Numbered from the stretch's first letter, positions 43,250 to 57,872 are shown. The stretch: 64,000 bases of DNA from Eledone cirrhosa (GCA_964016885.1 OZ024740.1:399838001-399902000); one strand, 5' to 3'. Notes: generated from the letters alone by a model not told the origin. Translations and numbers: made by a program.

Positions 43250-43786
43250 GCTGAACAAGTGTGACTTTTTAGTCCAGCCAGCGACTTGAAAACTCTGGTA
43301 CAAATACTACATTAGTGACAATTATTGACACATAGTGCTGGGCCCATGGTACCATGTGACGACACGTGCAGAGAGATCTCCAGATATAAAGCAATGCCTG
43401 TGCCGTGAAGCTTTTATAGTGAGCAAAGGCACTGCACAAAGCCAGTCCAACTCTCTTAACCAAGATGATATTTACCAAAAAGAAGAACAAGTCAACATCA
43501 TTGGATACCATCAGAGTTGCAGGTGTTATAGAGTTTTCCTTCTCCTAGAATTCTGCTTTGACAAAGGCTAAGGGGTCATCTCTCCCGGTGATTTTCGATG
43601 GCCATTGACTCTTAAGAGCTCCTTTGCCCTTTGACAGGTTTTGTTTTTAGTCCTGCTGGATGTCCAAAGTCACCCTCCTCACCAAGAAACCTTGGTGGGG
43701 TTGCCAGTTTAGTCGCCAACGACCCGACCATGAGACAGGTTGTACTGGGATACATGTTACCAGTAGCACCAACTGGTGACCTGACC
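43250..43786 (-). mobile_element. Degenerate 5' end of an RTE-like LINE
   Basis: GC-richer block starting right after (ATGT)n; GTCG..GGCGACTAAA motif resembling RTE 5' UTRs; coding part too decayed to confirm. Confidence 0.4.
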
Positions 43787-43791
43787 ATACA

Positions 43792-43865
<74 letters not shown>

Positions 43866-43888
43866 TATATATAAATATATATATATAA

Positions 43889-43945
<57 letters not shown>

Positions 43946-44262
43946 AATATATATATATAATATATAATATATAAATATATATATAAATATATATATATAA
44001 TATATAAATATATATATATAATATATAAATATATATATATAATATATAAATATATATATATAATATATAAATATATATATATAATATATAAATATATATA
44101 TATAAATATATATATATAATATATAAATATATATATATTATATATAAATATATATATATATATAATATATAAATATATATATATAAAATGAGCGGAGCAA
44201 GCAATTATCAAACAATCTCTTAAATAAATTAAAAAATGATTTAAATAATCACCTGTTCTATT

Positions 44263-44342
44263 GCTGTTACCGACGGTTTCACCAATCCAAAGATTGGAAA
44301 TCCAGAGAATTTCCAATGGAAAGAATTAGATCTTCAGACAGC
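44263..44342 (-). ncRNA. Type I hammerhead ribozyme with extended stem II
   Basis: Minus strand GCTGT-CTGAAGA-T-CTAATT..GATTGG-T-GAAA-CCGTCGG-TA-ACAGC. Confidence 0.8.
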
Positions 44343-44566
44343 TTATTTCCATACCATAAAGGTGCAAATCTGATAGTAAGTCAATATTTTGCTTCCTGCC
44401 CAACGCATGCGGTCAGGCCGTTAACGTGACACAAACGCAAATTTTGGCCACAAGTAATAGCTGGTTATTATAAACTTGTTCATCTTGCCACTATATATAT
44501 ATTATATTGGCTATTGGTGAAATTTGTTACTGCAAATTTCATTGACACTCACAGGATCACCAGTCC

Positions 44567-44613
44567 TTTCTGATGATCCTGTGAGTACGCAGGTGAGACT
44601 CCAATGTAACAAA
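44567..44613 (+). ncRNA. Degenerate hammerhead (GAGAC instead of GAAAC)
   Basis: CTGATGA-T-CCTGTG-agta-CGCAGG-T-GAGAC; partial inverted copy just upstream. Confidence 0.4.
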
Positions 44614-45964
44614 TCTTAACCATAATAAATGAATATTTCAACGCTACTTCGGTATTGAATTTTCATTCTTACGTCCGTCAATAATTCACGTTCTCTTTTG
44701 AATAATCGTCCCCACACCCCGCTTATTAATTTGTCAGATTGTCTTGCACCCCCACGGTTTTTATTCCACCTCACCCCCCCCACCCACTTATTAAATTTTG
44801 CTAATCTATATCCGGCGAAATTTTATTGCAAGTGATTCATATTGATACAGCAACTAGAGAATCTAATAATTATTTTATTTTACATGAAAAAAACATTATA
44901 TATGACAGAAGAAGAACATTACAAGAAATCCCATGTTTACGAACGTACTCTATACAACTACTGATTTCCCAATTATTGTCACCCCTCCTATTATTTGGGA
45001 CTCGAGAGTGGCACCAAACTCTCCTCCTCTCTATGTCTATCACACAAAACAATCTTTTAATCTCCTTCTCTGAATCTACTAAAATCGAATTCTCCCCTTC
45101 TCTATATCTACCACAACCCATTTTCTATACCTAAGACTAATACACTTTCTCACTCTATATAAATATCTACACTTAACTATTTCATTCCCCCGTATGTATA
45201 TCAAACAGCTCTAAACTCTCACCCTCTCTATATTAATTAACCCCCCCCCCATACATCAACTATACAACATACTCTCCCAATTTCCGGCTCTATATCAATT
45301 TAAACCACACTCTTGCCCTATTTATATCTTCTACACAAAACTCTCTTCCAATACTCCTCTCTTGTGAGAGGATGATCTACGCCAAGCTTCAAAATGCTTA
45401 AGAAACGCTGTGAATCTACAACACACCTATGACCCCACTAGGAATTGTGGACTAAAAGAAAGAAGTTTTACGATGAAACATATATATCATAGTCTTTTTT
45501 GTAGTAATAGAGTGATAAAATGTTGTGCAGAGTCAAGTAATTCTCACACGCAGTGATATCATATATATATACTTATAAGTTTCACATTTACCTCATTCTA
45601 CCCCGCTCAGTTGGCTAACTGACTTCTGTTAACCAACTAACAGAGAAAGAAGGACAAACACCGAAAGAGATATAAACTCTCCTCTCAAAATATGTATGTA
45701 AAAATTAATAATTTTTCTTCCCCTTTTATTATTATTATTTGTATAAATATGGAACTTAAATATATTATGCATATCCGCAGTTGACAATGCATATAATGCT
45801 GAAACGGGTACCATTATTAAATGCGGAAATATCCACTTTATAAATAAATAAATGTTTTGATATTACACTGAAAGAATCTCTTCAGCATTTTCAAATGAAA
45901 AAATCTTTTTCCTTTCTACAAATTTGTTTCTATATACATCAACACATGTGTTACTTTTCTGCAT

Positions 45965-46027
<63 letters not shown>

Positions 46028-46329
46028 ATAAGGGTTGACGGACCAGCATATTTATCAATGCCAGTACCAGTTGTATCTCAGCGCACTCCATGGGCAGTGA
46101 AAGATACATTACCAGTGTATGCACAAAGTTATTTGCTTCAACACAACACACGTAAAACGGGTGCCTATAAGGTTCCCGGACTCGAGTTTCTGCCGCACTA
46201 ATGAAGCAGTAAGTTGCTCTGCACCATCTGTCTGCATATATTATGCAACAATGCACAATCGGCTTATGCGGCTTCATCAGCGGGTATCGCCTAATCAATA
46301 ACCAATCGATCGATAGAATCCTAAGACCA

Positions 46330-46389
<60 letters not shown>

Positions 46390-46839
46390 TAGCTGTAGCA
46401 CTAAGACAGCGAGGTTCATAACAGAGGTGTATATTTATGTATTATAAACATACAAGTGTCTCGGCTGTAGATGCGCATATGTATGTTTGCCTTGTTTCAT
46501 ATGCAATAAAGTAAATACGATAAGACTTATTATTGTATTAGTACCGAGAGATGACGGAGACATGCGTCTAATATTCTCACACGGCTACTGAAATATTTGT
46601 GATTTGATCACAGCTAAAGATATTCATTGCGAGATTATTCTATGTTCATTATACATAAATATATATATGCCTTCATATACACCTCATATATATATATAAC
46701 CAAGGATTAATATGGTTCATTGATTACTCAATGAATATAGTTTTACAATAGATTAAAAGCACTCTACAAAAAGGTTTTCTGGAGTTATTATTATTCAGAA
46801 TGATAATAAATGAAGACATTCAGATAATCAAAATATATG

Positions 46840-46902
46840 TTTTATTATATATATTTCGAAGGTACTGTGCTGTTTTTTTCAGTACGCCCTCGTCAGATAA
46901 AA
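46840..46902 (-). ncRNA. Type I hammerhead ribozyme in 3' pLTR of the PLE at 48075
   Basis: Minus strand TTTTAT-CTGACGA-GGGC-GTACTG..CAGTAC-CTTC-GAAA-TATATA-TA-ATAAAA. Confidence 0.85.
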
Positions 46903-48074
46903 TACACGAATTGATGTATGACATATCTGAACTGTCTTGATAGTTCAATTCCAGTATTGGCAGTGATTTATTACAACAAATCTCAACATTTATATACCTC
47001 AAATAATAACATGATACATTTAAATTTAAAGAAGAGGAGGATGTGGAGCGAGATATGGATATATGGAGGGGGTGAATAAGGGGAAAAGCAAGAAGAAAAT
47101 AAATAAACACATACATACATAAATATTTAAATGAGTATTAGGGAATAAATTTATAAAAAAAGAAAAAGGAAGAGAGAGAGAGAATAAGAAAGAAGAAATA
47201 ACGACAAAAAAAGAAAGAAAGGAAGAAATGATGCGAATATGTATAAACCGTTGTTTTCAAATATTAAGTCAAAATTGAGGTAACCAATTAGATAACATGA
47301 AATTTTTAATATCTTTTGTATTTTTGGTTATGTTTAAGCTAATTATACTTATATATTATATCAAAATTAAACAATAAAGAATATTCTTCTCGAGCCATCA
47401 GATACATAATTTAATTAAGTGGTATATTCATTAACTATTTTGTTATAATATTCAAAAACATTTTTTATTTTTAAAGCATATTTAAATAATTATTAAATAT
47501 GTATAAAGATATCTATTAAAACATATGCATATATCACCATCAGTATATATATATATTAAATATTATATTAAGATCATTTATTATCTGAATTATTCTATTT
47601 TCTTTATAAAAAGATTTCAATTCATTACAATTGTCACTTCATTACAGGATTAATTTGTAGTTATATTTAATCTCAAAAATGTTATTATTTCTAATTTACT
47701 TCCATAATTACTTATTATTATATATAGTTTCCCTTTAAGGATTACCAAATATTATAAGACTGATATAAATCATGTTAAATATACTTTAGCAAGCTATTCG
47801 GACAGAGCAAAATTATTTACGAAGGATGTAAACAAAGGAAGATAACTCGTTCATCATATGTGAACATTTAAAACATTTAAGTTTTAGAAAAACAAAAAAG
47901 ATATTTCAAAACGCAAATCAAGAAATTTCTAATTAAACAATGACCTTTCAAAATGGAAACATAGGATACTGAGACACATCATGAGATTAATTTACTATAT
48001 AAAAGCGGCAAAATAATTTTTACCGGTAACGCAAAACTTTATATATATAATTTTTTAAGAATTATTAATAGACA

Positions 48075-49163
48075 ATATTATTTCGAAATTTGTATAATGA
48101 TTGAAAAGTTCTTCTAGACTTATGTTGACAGTGACTAAATAATTCTTTTTTCTTATTAATTAAATTACCGTAATTAGTAATTATCAATAGAGTCTCTAAA
48201 TTGCAAAGATTGCAATTTGGTGAAATGGATGCATTCTGGTAGGAATTAGAATTTTTTTTAACTTATTCCAAGAAATTGAGTATTTGATATTTTTTTCATT
48301 CAAAGGCCATATTAATTGTGAGAGTGATGTAGAAAAAGAATGGATTAGAAAAAGAATATTTATGATTGTAAAAACGAAACTTAAACTTAGATGAAGTGGC
48401 ACCAATGTAGTTATATGTATTGTTATTATTAGTTTTAATGGTACATTTATACACTAGATTCTTGTCTAGGCAATTATTTTGTAAAGGGCATTCGGATTTC
48501 CTTCTACAGTTACAATTCATTTCGATGTTATTTCTATTCGTATTATTACTATTATTTAGAGGTGTTCTGGTATTATTCGTATTTAAACTATTATTATTGT
48601 TATTCCAATTAACTAATGTATTATTATTATTATTATTATTGTTATTATTTCTAATTATATGTTGGTTCAAATTAAGATTTTTACTATTTATTTTTACTAT
48701 ATTTTGAGCAATATTCATAAGAGAGTTTAATTGTGTGTCTATTGAAGATAGAGTAATACTTATGTGATCTAGGGAAACATTTATCCAAGGCTTTAAAAAA
48801 TAAATGTGCTAAAGGTGTTTTAATAGCTAAAGATGCTGGCGGAGCATACCAAATTATAGATCTAGTCCTTATTTTTTTCCCCAATTTATTCCTCGAGTTG
48901 TTGTTTTTACAGTCAATTCTGTTATTATCATTATTATGCATACTGCGATTATAATTAATATTATTTTTTTCTACATACTCAATATTATCTTTATATCCTG
49001 CTTTATGTAACGCTTCATTATAATATACCGCTTTACTATTAAATATGGATCTATTAGCGGATAGTCTAGATATTCGTTGTTGGACACTGTTGACTATTGC
49101 ATTTTTAACACTTTTAGGATGATTAGAGTAAACACTAACATAATTTAAGTTTTCATTGAGTTT
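48075..49163 (-). pseudogene. PLE RT thumb + GIY-YIG endonuclease, frameshifted
   Basis: NENLNYVSVYSNHP..QRISRLSA; IIWYAPP..FNRHTIKLS; CNCRRKSECPLQNNC, LVY..YIG..FKFRFYNH; CNLCNLE. Confidence 0.85.
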
Positions 49164-49323
49164 ATGAAATATTATTATATGGACATATTATTTACTGTAA
49201 ATAGACATAATAATAGCGAATTAAATAGAGTAAAGAAAGTAATTATAGAATTCTTTAAAAATTATGACCTGAAATTAGAAGTAGAAAATAAAAATAAGAT
49301 AGATAATTTCTTAGATGTAACTC
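49164..49323 (+). pseudogene. Inverted PLE RT fragment
   Basis: KKVIIEFFKNYDLKLEVE..NFLDVTL, the segment that precedes the thumb in the 22743-23201 RT. Confidence 0.7.
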
Positions 49324-49598
49324 TATGCGTCAAAGCATGGCGACCGACCCTCTACCGATACTGCCAATCCACCGCCCTGGATAACATAATATATAATAAT
49401 AATTGTTTCTACTTTAGGCACAAGGCCAGCAATTACCCAGTGCATTACTGGTACTTTATTTTATCGATCCCGTAAGGATGAAAGGCAAAGTCAACCTCGG
49501 CGGGATTTGAACTCAGATCGTAAAGGTGGAACTCAGACGTAACTATGGTGGAAAGCATGGCGTCCGACACTCTACCGATACTGCCAATCCACCGCCAT
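49316..49598 (-). mobile_element. SINE fragment plus full SINE with TSD
   Basis: 49316-49378 head fragment; 49398-49597 flanked by ATAATATATATAATAAT. Confidence 0.8.
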
Positions 49599-49634
49599 AT
49601 AATATATAATAATAATAACAATATATATATATAT

Positions 49635-50386
49635 GCTCGCACCAACCTGAGGTATATGGCCTTTAAAGCGACGAAATGCCTACGACGGTTGGAAGGCCAC
49701 TGATGAAGGACAAACCTTTTCATATGTAACCCATTTGCAACGCCGCAGCTCCATTATTATCATATTTACACATATATTTTTTCCTCCGCTGCTACCCGTC
49801 TGTTTCGTTCTTTGTATCTTTACCCTTTCTAGCAGTCTCTCTCTCTCTGTTAGCCTCTTCCTCACCTTTCACTCACTCATTCTCTGTCACTATCTCTCCT
49901 CCTCCCCTTTCTTCCCGTTTGACCTGTCCGTAATCCTTTTCTCGCGCGCACTTGGCCAAGCCGGTATGAATTTTTTTCTCTCTCTCTCGTCTGCGACTTC
50001 ACAGAACTTATGTTTACCGAATTCGCAGACCAGACCCCTTCTTCCTCCCGTTAGACCTGTGCGAAATTCCTTCCTTGCTCACATTTCAACCAGGTTTGAT
50101 GGTCTTTATTCTCTCGTTCACGATTCCACCGAATTTATATTCATAGAAATCTGGGACTTGTCTCTTTCTTCTCACTTTCTGTTGCTTAAACCATTTTGTT
50201 TGTTCACCCTAGCGTCCCCTTTATTTACGTGTCCCAACGACTTTTTTTAGCCGTTGCTCGCACCAACCTGAGGTATATGGCCTTTAAAGCGACGAAATGC
50301 CTACGACGGTTGGAAGGCCACTGATGAAGGACAAACTTTTTCATATGTAACCCATTTGCAACGCCGCAGCTCCATTATTATCATAT
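49635..50386 (+). repeat. ~130-bp direct repeats 621 bp apart (pLTR/retrozyme-like)
   Basis: 49635-49765 matches 50256-50386; each has CTGATGA-AGG but no correctly placed GAAA. Confidence 0.7.
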
Positions 50387-50502
50387 ATATATATATATAT
50401 ATAAAAGTTATTCCGGGTTGAATCGGAGGTAACCACAGTAAGTAAGGTACTCAATACATACCAGAGTATAAAAGTTTCATTCGTGAGAAATCCTCAGGAA
50501 GC

Positions 50503-50547
50503 TTCCTGATGATTTCTCACGAATGAAACAGTTCAAGTCCTGTAGAA
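50503..50547 (+). ncRNA. Type I hammerhead ribozyme
   Basis: TTC-CTGATGA-T-TTC-tcac-GAA-T-GAAA-CAG..CTG-TA-GAA; mirrored inverted half at 50474-50500. Confidence 0.7.
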
Positions 50548-50574
50548 ACTCTTCTATATTAATATAAATATATA

Positions 50575-50898
50575 TACATAGGATCCACCGCGGGTTCTTT
50601 TATGAAAAGATGGTATGTGCACAGGCACTCATTGAAAAACCGAGCACTTATGGGTTCCACCACCCTCGCCAGAAAAATATGGGAATTGAAGGACAGCAAC
50701 ACTAACTACACTATCAACTGGTCGAAGTTGTCGGCTGCTAAAACCTATAGTACAGGGATGTCCTATTGCGGGCTGTGTGATCTTGAGCTATTATATATCC
50801 TTAGAAATGTTAAAAAGCTACTTAATAATAAGTTAGAAAGATCTATCTTCTGCAGACATAGAATAGCCACTAAATTCATAAGATTCAAACCTCCGTGA
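50575..50898 (+). pseudogene. PLE GIY-YIG endonuclease 3' fragment
   Basis: YIGSTAGSFMKRWYVH..STTLARKIWELKD..CGLCDLE..FCRH. Confidence 0.85.
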
Positions 50899-51644
50899 AT
50901 CGAACCAACATAACATAGCTTTAAATTAGGATACCTACTACCCACAGAAATATATTCATTAAGTATACTATATCCTTCACAAGTCTATACCACACAACTG
51001 TCTGTAAGTACCTCATCTACCAACAATCTTACTCCTTCTCAGCTGCTGCAATCATTTGATCCTAGATCCTAGTTTTTCTCATTTCACTATTACAATGTTA
51101 CTTTACCTTCTTTTTGCCATAATTACAATTAGCACGCTTTTCTCTTTGCATGTATGTATATTTTTGTACGAGTGTATATTGATGTGTATGTGTGTGTCTA
51201 TGTACACATGCATGTGTATATATGTGTATATATATTTATATATATATATATGTGTGTGTGTGTGTATGTGTATATGTGTGTGTGTGTGTGCGTGGATATA
51301 TGCGTATATTAATTCGTTAACCTCTGTATTAACTCTACAACTATTGAGCTTTGACAGTGGTCCCACTCATGTATACTGTAGAAGATGAAGAGAAAGACTG
51401 TAAAAACTAGCTTATCTTTATAATTTAAAATTGATACACACTACGATACTTTTTGCCTGGTTTTCACGCCGTAACATTAGATACATTATATACCCCCCAC
51501 CTAAGTAATGTCAGGGTCTCCTTAAATAGTTTATTGATAGCATTGTTGTAATTGTTGTTATTGTTCTAATTGAATGCCATACTACTCCATATAGTAGCCT
51601 GTATTTTCTTTTCTTTTCTTGCCTGTGTATTTTCTTCATTCTCG

Positions 51645-51757
51645 CATGCTCCGAAGATCTGACTGGTTATAATTCTGTATTGGCGATCGAGTAACGCAAA
51701 ATTAAGCGGATGGCGATCTCTAGACATACCAGTTCAGTGAAACAAATGTAAGCTATG
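51645..51757 (+). ncRNA. Hammerhead ribozyme (CCGAAGA core, long stem II) in 3' pLTR
   Basis: CATGCT-CCGAAGA-T-CTGA-CTGGT..ACCAG-TTCAG-T-GAAAC-aaat-GTA-AGCTATG. Confidence 0.65.
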
Positions 51758-51978
51758 TGATTAAAAACTTTTTTGTATAGCAAACCATGTAAACCTTCTT
51801 TCCTGATTTATTATTACTCCAAGTGTTTACAACATAGGAATTACAGCATACCCGCAGTATCACTATGAAAACGCCTTGTTGAGTCAAACCAAGCCAAGCG
51901 TTAATATCATCCACTACCTGGAATACCATAACTGGACTTCACCTAAGTGGACTGCATTTAACTATTATTTGTTAATCC

Positions 51979-52022
<44 letters not shown>

Positions 52023-52076
52023 CTATGTATATATGTATGTATGTATGTGTGTATGTATGTGTGTATGTGTGTGTGT

Positions 52077-52368
<292 letters not shown>

Positions 52369-52687
52369 CGTGCATGCGTTAGTGCGCATTGTATATTGAA
52401 TAATATACGGGATGCTTCTGAAAAACATTTGAGGGCCTTTCGCTATGAATTTTTAAGGTAAACGCCAACGATCGAGAAACAACGCGTTGTCGCGATTACA
52501 CGTCCTGTATTTGCTGAGGTTATGCGTGTGATGTTGGTAATATCATACAATACGTACATATATGTATATAACATTATGTTGCAGCACCAATACAAATATG
52601 TTTATATATATATAAGTAGAAACACAACAGTTAGTTCACCATACCAAGAACAATTGTTTCACCTTAACGGATCTTCAGCTCGGACTC

Positions 52688-52723
<36 letters not shown>

Positions 52724-52921
52724 TTACGGTAAATATAGATGCAATTCACTTCAAGCACTCAACGTACTTTTTCCACATAGGAATGATGGAGTATATTTAG
52801 AATAGGAAAATGCAAAGTAGTTTCATATGTTAAGGTCCTTTATTGATAAGGCTGTGATACATATTTCAATGTCGTTTTCATTTGGAATGCCTCGAGAACG
52901 CAACCTTATTATGTAAGAAGG

Positions 52922-52992
52922 TGTCTGATGAGATCATGGCACTGGATACACGGAATCGAGTGGCCACTGTCGTCATTGAAATATGTATCACA
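52922..52992 (+). ncRNA. Hammerhead ribozyme, diverged member of the 2049 family
   Basis: TGT-CTGATGA-..-CATT-GAAA-TATGTA-TC-ACA; inverted tail at 52725-52870. Confidence 0.7.
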
Positions 52993-53047
52993 GTCTTATC
53001 AATAAAGACTTTAACATCTTTTTGTTCTCTATATATATATTCTCTCT

Positions 53048-53159
<112 letters not shown>

Positions 53160-53293
53160 CTATCTCTCTCTCTGTATATATATATATATGCACATATATA
53201 TATATATTTCTGGCAATATTATAACAATATGACCCTCCCCAAGTATAACAATATATAATATATATATATATATATATATGAATATATATATAT

Positions 53294-53415
<122 letters not shown>

Positions 53416-53793
53416 ATATACGGTGCGAGTTAATGTAATGTAGAATTTTCTTGTGTTATTGCGTTCTATAAGTGACCAATCATGTAATACTACTACAGTA
53501 TGTCCACGATGAAAAACAGCGAAAAATAACAGCGAGAACAAAAAGTAGCAACAAGAACGACAAGCACTATATTGCCTTTAGTTTTTCTTTGTGAGTTTCA
53601 CTTGTATTTTAAATTGTCACTATTCAAAATAAAAACATGTTTTAATACCATTTCACCTCTACCCTGCAAATACTTGTCATTTATTTAGAGAATATTTGGT
53701 CGGCATGGCAGACTATAATTGATAGGGGCTACACAGAGAAAGGGTCGACAAGTGCCAACTTGACAGACAAATTGAACAGTACAGTTATGCAGC

Positions 53794-53886
<93 letters not shown>

Positions 53887-54469
53887 CTGTGTGTGTATGT
53901 ATATGTGTATATATGTAAGTATCTACACAAACACACACGCCTATATATATATACATACTTATACTTGTATGCATGTGTGTATTAAATTTTGAAGGAACCC
54001 TCCACCTCATGTTTTTCATGTTGACATCTCATGACTAAGGTTTGGAGTGGTTTCCCTTGACGTTGATCGAGACCTGTGTATACATACATGCTTGTAGATT
54101 TGTCCACTTAAACAATAGATTACATTAACTCTAAACACACTGAAACACACTAGCGAATACACACACTTGCAAAGCACTTATAGACACACAACATAGACAG
54201 ACACACTCACATGTTGAAACAAAACAACAGATGCGTATATAAACAGACGGGCATACAGATATATACACATAAACAGACTCATATATGTGAGTAAATGAGT
54301 ACATAGATATGTCTTCCAATTCATTTTCGAACTTTCAGTAACTGAAAATCTTTTTTGATAAAAACTATAATCACACTTACACGACTTCAATAACATAAAT
54401 GACACCCACACATGGATACACCAACATATAAATGCGTATGTGTGTGGTATACATACTTTCATATATATG

Positions 54470-54499
<30 letters not shown>

Positions 54500-54513
<14 letters not shown>

Positions 54514-54995
54514 TAGGCATACGTCAAAACGGCCGGTCTCAAAAGTGAAACTAATTTTTGACAGTTATGTACACGTTATAAGAGTTATTTAAATTTATAT
54601 ATATAAAATAAAGGAGCAAATAAGAGCATAATATGAAGTCAGTCATGTGTGTGTGTATATATGTGTGTGTGTGTGTAAACGAATGTAAAAGAATATATGT
54701 AGGGCATAGATAAATAAGGTTTCCTAGAATTTTACACACACACACATATATACACACACACGTGTATATATTATAGTGTGTATGTGTGCATATATAAGTG
54801 TATATGTGTGTGTACTTTTACATTCGTTTACACACACACACATATATACACACACACATGACTGACTTCATATCATTCTCTTATTTGCTCCTTTATTTTA
54901 TATATATAAATTTAAATATAACGTGTACGTAACTGTCAAAAATTAATTTCACTTTTGAGACCGGCCGTTTTGACGTATGCCTATATATGTATATA
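54500..54995. repeat. Foldback inverted repeat
   Basis: ~54500-54690 is the reverse complement of ~54813-54995. Confidence 0.8.
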
Positions 54996-55367
54996 TATAT
55001 ATATAAATTTTAGTACAGCATTTACGAAGCTTTAGTATACGGCCAAGCTAGCGTGTATGCATAATCGGTCTGTAGCTTTAGCACTCAGATGAGGTAAGAC
55101 CCCAGAGTAATAAGATTACGTTCAGACAGCTTAGCAAATCAGATATAGCAGTCGGCAGTCCGACCGCATTACCAGAGCAACGAAAATACAGGACCCAGGA
55201 AAAGATTTATATATATATATATATGTATATATATGCAAAAGTTCTATTTAAATTGTTGGGATACAACAAGCAAATATTTTTATAACTGATATAAAGCACT
55301 CAACAAGTATTTGGAGTAAACATACGATATTAACAAATGGAAACTATATTTATAAAACCATATTTAT

Positions 55368-55426
55368 TTCATTATACATATTTCAAGGACACCAAGTTAA
55401 ATTATGGTGTGCTTTCATCAGACAAA
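55368..55426 (-). ncRNA. Type I hammerhead ribozyme
   Basis: Inverted twin of 55573-55631. Confidence 0.7.
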
Positions 55427-55572
55427 ATATAATATAGATCAGTTTTATAAATATTGACATACCCTTAAAAAATGCAACCATTACTGTTGGAAGCTCCTGG
55501 GCTTCCAACAGTAATGGTTGCATTTTTTAAGGGTATGTCAATATTTATTTATAAAACTGATCTATATTATAT

Positions 55573-55631
55573 TTTGTCTGATGAAAGCACACCATAATTT
55601 AACTTGGTGTCCTTGAAATATGTATAATGAA
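55573..55631 (+). ncRNA. Type I hammerhead ribozyme
   Basis: TTTGT-CTGATGA-AAG-CACACCA..TGGTGT-CCTT-GAAA-TATGTA-TA-ATGAA-ATAAA. Confidence 0.7.
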
Positions 55632-56031
55632 ATAAATATGGTTTTATAAATATAGTTTCCATTTGTTAATATCGTATATATATATATATATATATATATG
55701 TAAATAAATAAATGTATATATATATATATATGTATATGAAAAAATTCAGGACCTCGACGGCTGAGATCCGACCGTTTCGACCGAGTTCGGATCTAGCTGT
55801 CGGGGTCCTGAATCTTTTTATATTACCCACTCTACTACCCCAAGTATCGAGTGCTCTGGTGGGTTATGGTCTAGCTGGTTTTTACCACACCCTATCTGCT
55901 ATATATATATATTTCCTCTGATTTTTATCGTTAAACTTTGAATGCATATTCTCTTTTCATGATATCTTCTATATTTGGATTACATTGAGTTCTTCATACG
56001 GATTGGACAGTACCGTTTATTTTGGTAGATT

Positions 56032-56135
<104 letters not shown>

Positions 56136-56302
56136 TATATATGTATGTAAAAGGTAAACAGAACTAACAACACAATCGGTACAGTATATGGAGGGATATA
56201 TCAGGTTAACGCTCAAATCAAAATAAAATCATCTCAAATCCATTGTTTCCTAAAAGCTCAATGAAAATTAGATACAAAAATTATATATCAGAACATACTC
56301 AT

Positions 56303-56386
<84 letters not shown>

Positions 56387-56484
56387 CATGTATGTGTGTG
56401 TCTGAGTATGTGTGTTTCTGCAAAAGTGTGTGTCTGTGTGCAAGAGCATGTGTGTGAATGCAAGTATGTCTGAGATAAGACCCA

Positions 56485-57235
56485 GGATGAGATCAAACCC
56501 ATTACATGTCTTACCACTAGATCATCAAGACTGCCTTGAAAGCACAGTGAAAATTAATCCCTATAAACCTACTTTCCAGTTTAATGGTTAAAAAAAAATG
56601 ACACCCTAACATCAACCCTAACTGAAATTGAACCTTAAATCAAGGTCTCACTATTCCACTGAGACTGCTTTGAAAGTACACCGAAAATTAATTTACATAA
56701 ACTTACTTTCCACTCTTATAAGTTTATTAATTTTATTAAGATTAATTTTCACAGTATTTTCAAGTAAGTTAAGATAAATATATTTTCATTAGTGTTCCAA
56801 GGCAGTCTTGGTGGTCTACTGGTAAGACATCTTATGAGAATTGTTGATTCATTTGTTTAGGGTTCAATATTGGCTAAGGTAGGTATTTGGTTGACAACCA
56901 TTTCTTTTAAAACCTTCCTATTTTGTGTTAAAAGAATGGCAGCCAAACATCAACATTATGTGAGATCGAACCCTAATTCAATGTCTCAACCACCTCACAT
57001 GTCTTACCACTCAACCACCAAGACTGCCTTCTAAGCAGAATGAAAATTAATTTATATAAACTTACCTGAAAATACTGTGAAACTTAATCTATACAAAATT
57101 AATTAACTTATAAGTGAGCAAAGTAAGTTTATATAAATTAATTTTAACAGCATGTTAACGACAGTCTTGGTGGTCGAGAGGTTGAGACAAGGTTACTGAT
57201 GGCTGAGACCAGGGTTCAATCTTGGCTAAGGTTGA
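56485..57235. repeat. Complex direct/inverted repeat cluster (ACATGTCTTACCAC..AAGACTGCCTT..GAAAATTAAT)
   Basis: Units at ~56500, 56650, 56995 (+) and ~56740-56830, 57110-57180 (-). Confidence 0.6.
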
Positions 57236-57872
57236 CAAGTTTTTAACACGAAATTGGAAGGGTTAAAATGGTTATATATATATATATTCATATATAAATA
57301 TAACCCTTCTGGACCAGAAATAGCCGTCGAAACGGCTTGAGCTCTGCCGTCGGGGTCATACATGTTCCTATATATATATATATGTATATCAAATTGGAAG
57401 GGTTAAAAGGGTTATATATATTCATACATAAATATAACTATTCCAATTTCGTGTTGTATGTACATGTACATACATACACTCATATACACACACACATATA
57501 TATATTTATGTATAAATATATATATTTATTATATTCATACATAAATATATATATATGTGTGTCTATATGAGTGTATGTATGTACATGTACACATGTAGTC
57601 ATTTAAACTCTCAGCTGCTCTCAAACTTGGTATTGTTGTAATACTTTTTCATATTTACTATTTTTTTCCCTTCTTACTCTACTTTGATAAAGGGCTTATC
57701 TCGAAATGTCTGACCCCTTCTGTTTTTATTCAGCTTAAATAATCCCACCATACTTACATAGTTCACAATTATTTACGTATATTTTGTAAATTACTTGTCG
57801 CCTCTTTTCAATTTTTTCACATTTTGTTTATTTTGTTTTAAACTGCTCCCCTGCCTTGTGAAACAGAGAATA

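Larger units (their letters stand above)
55323..55676. repeat. Near-perfect foldback of a pLTR (~170-bp arms)
   Basis: Centre GTTGGAAGC-tcctgg-GCTTCCAAC at ~55498. Confidence 0.85.

Noticed and set aside
57684-57716. TTGATAA..GAAATGTC minimal hammerhead-like string
   Set aside because: No stem I pairing; could be chance
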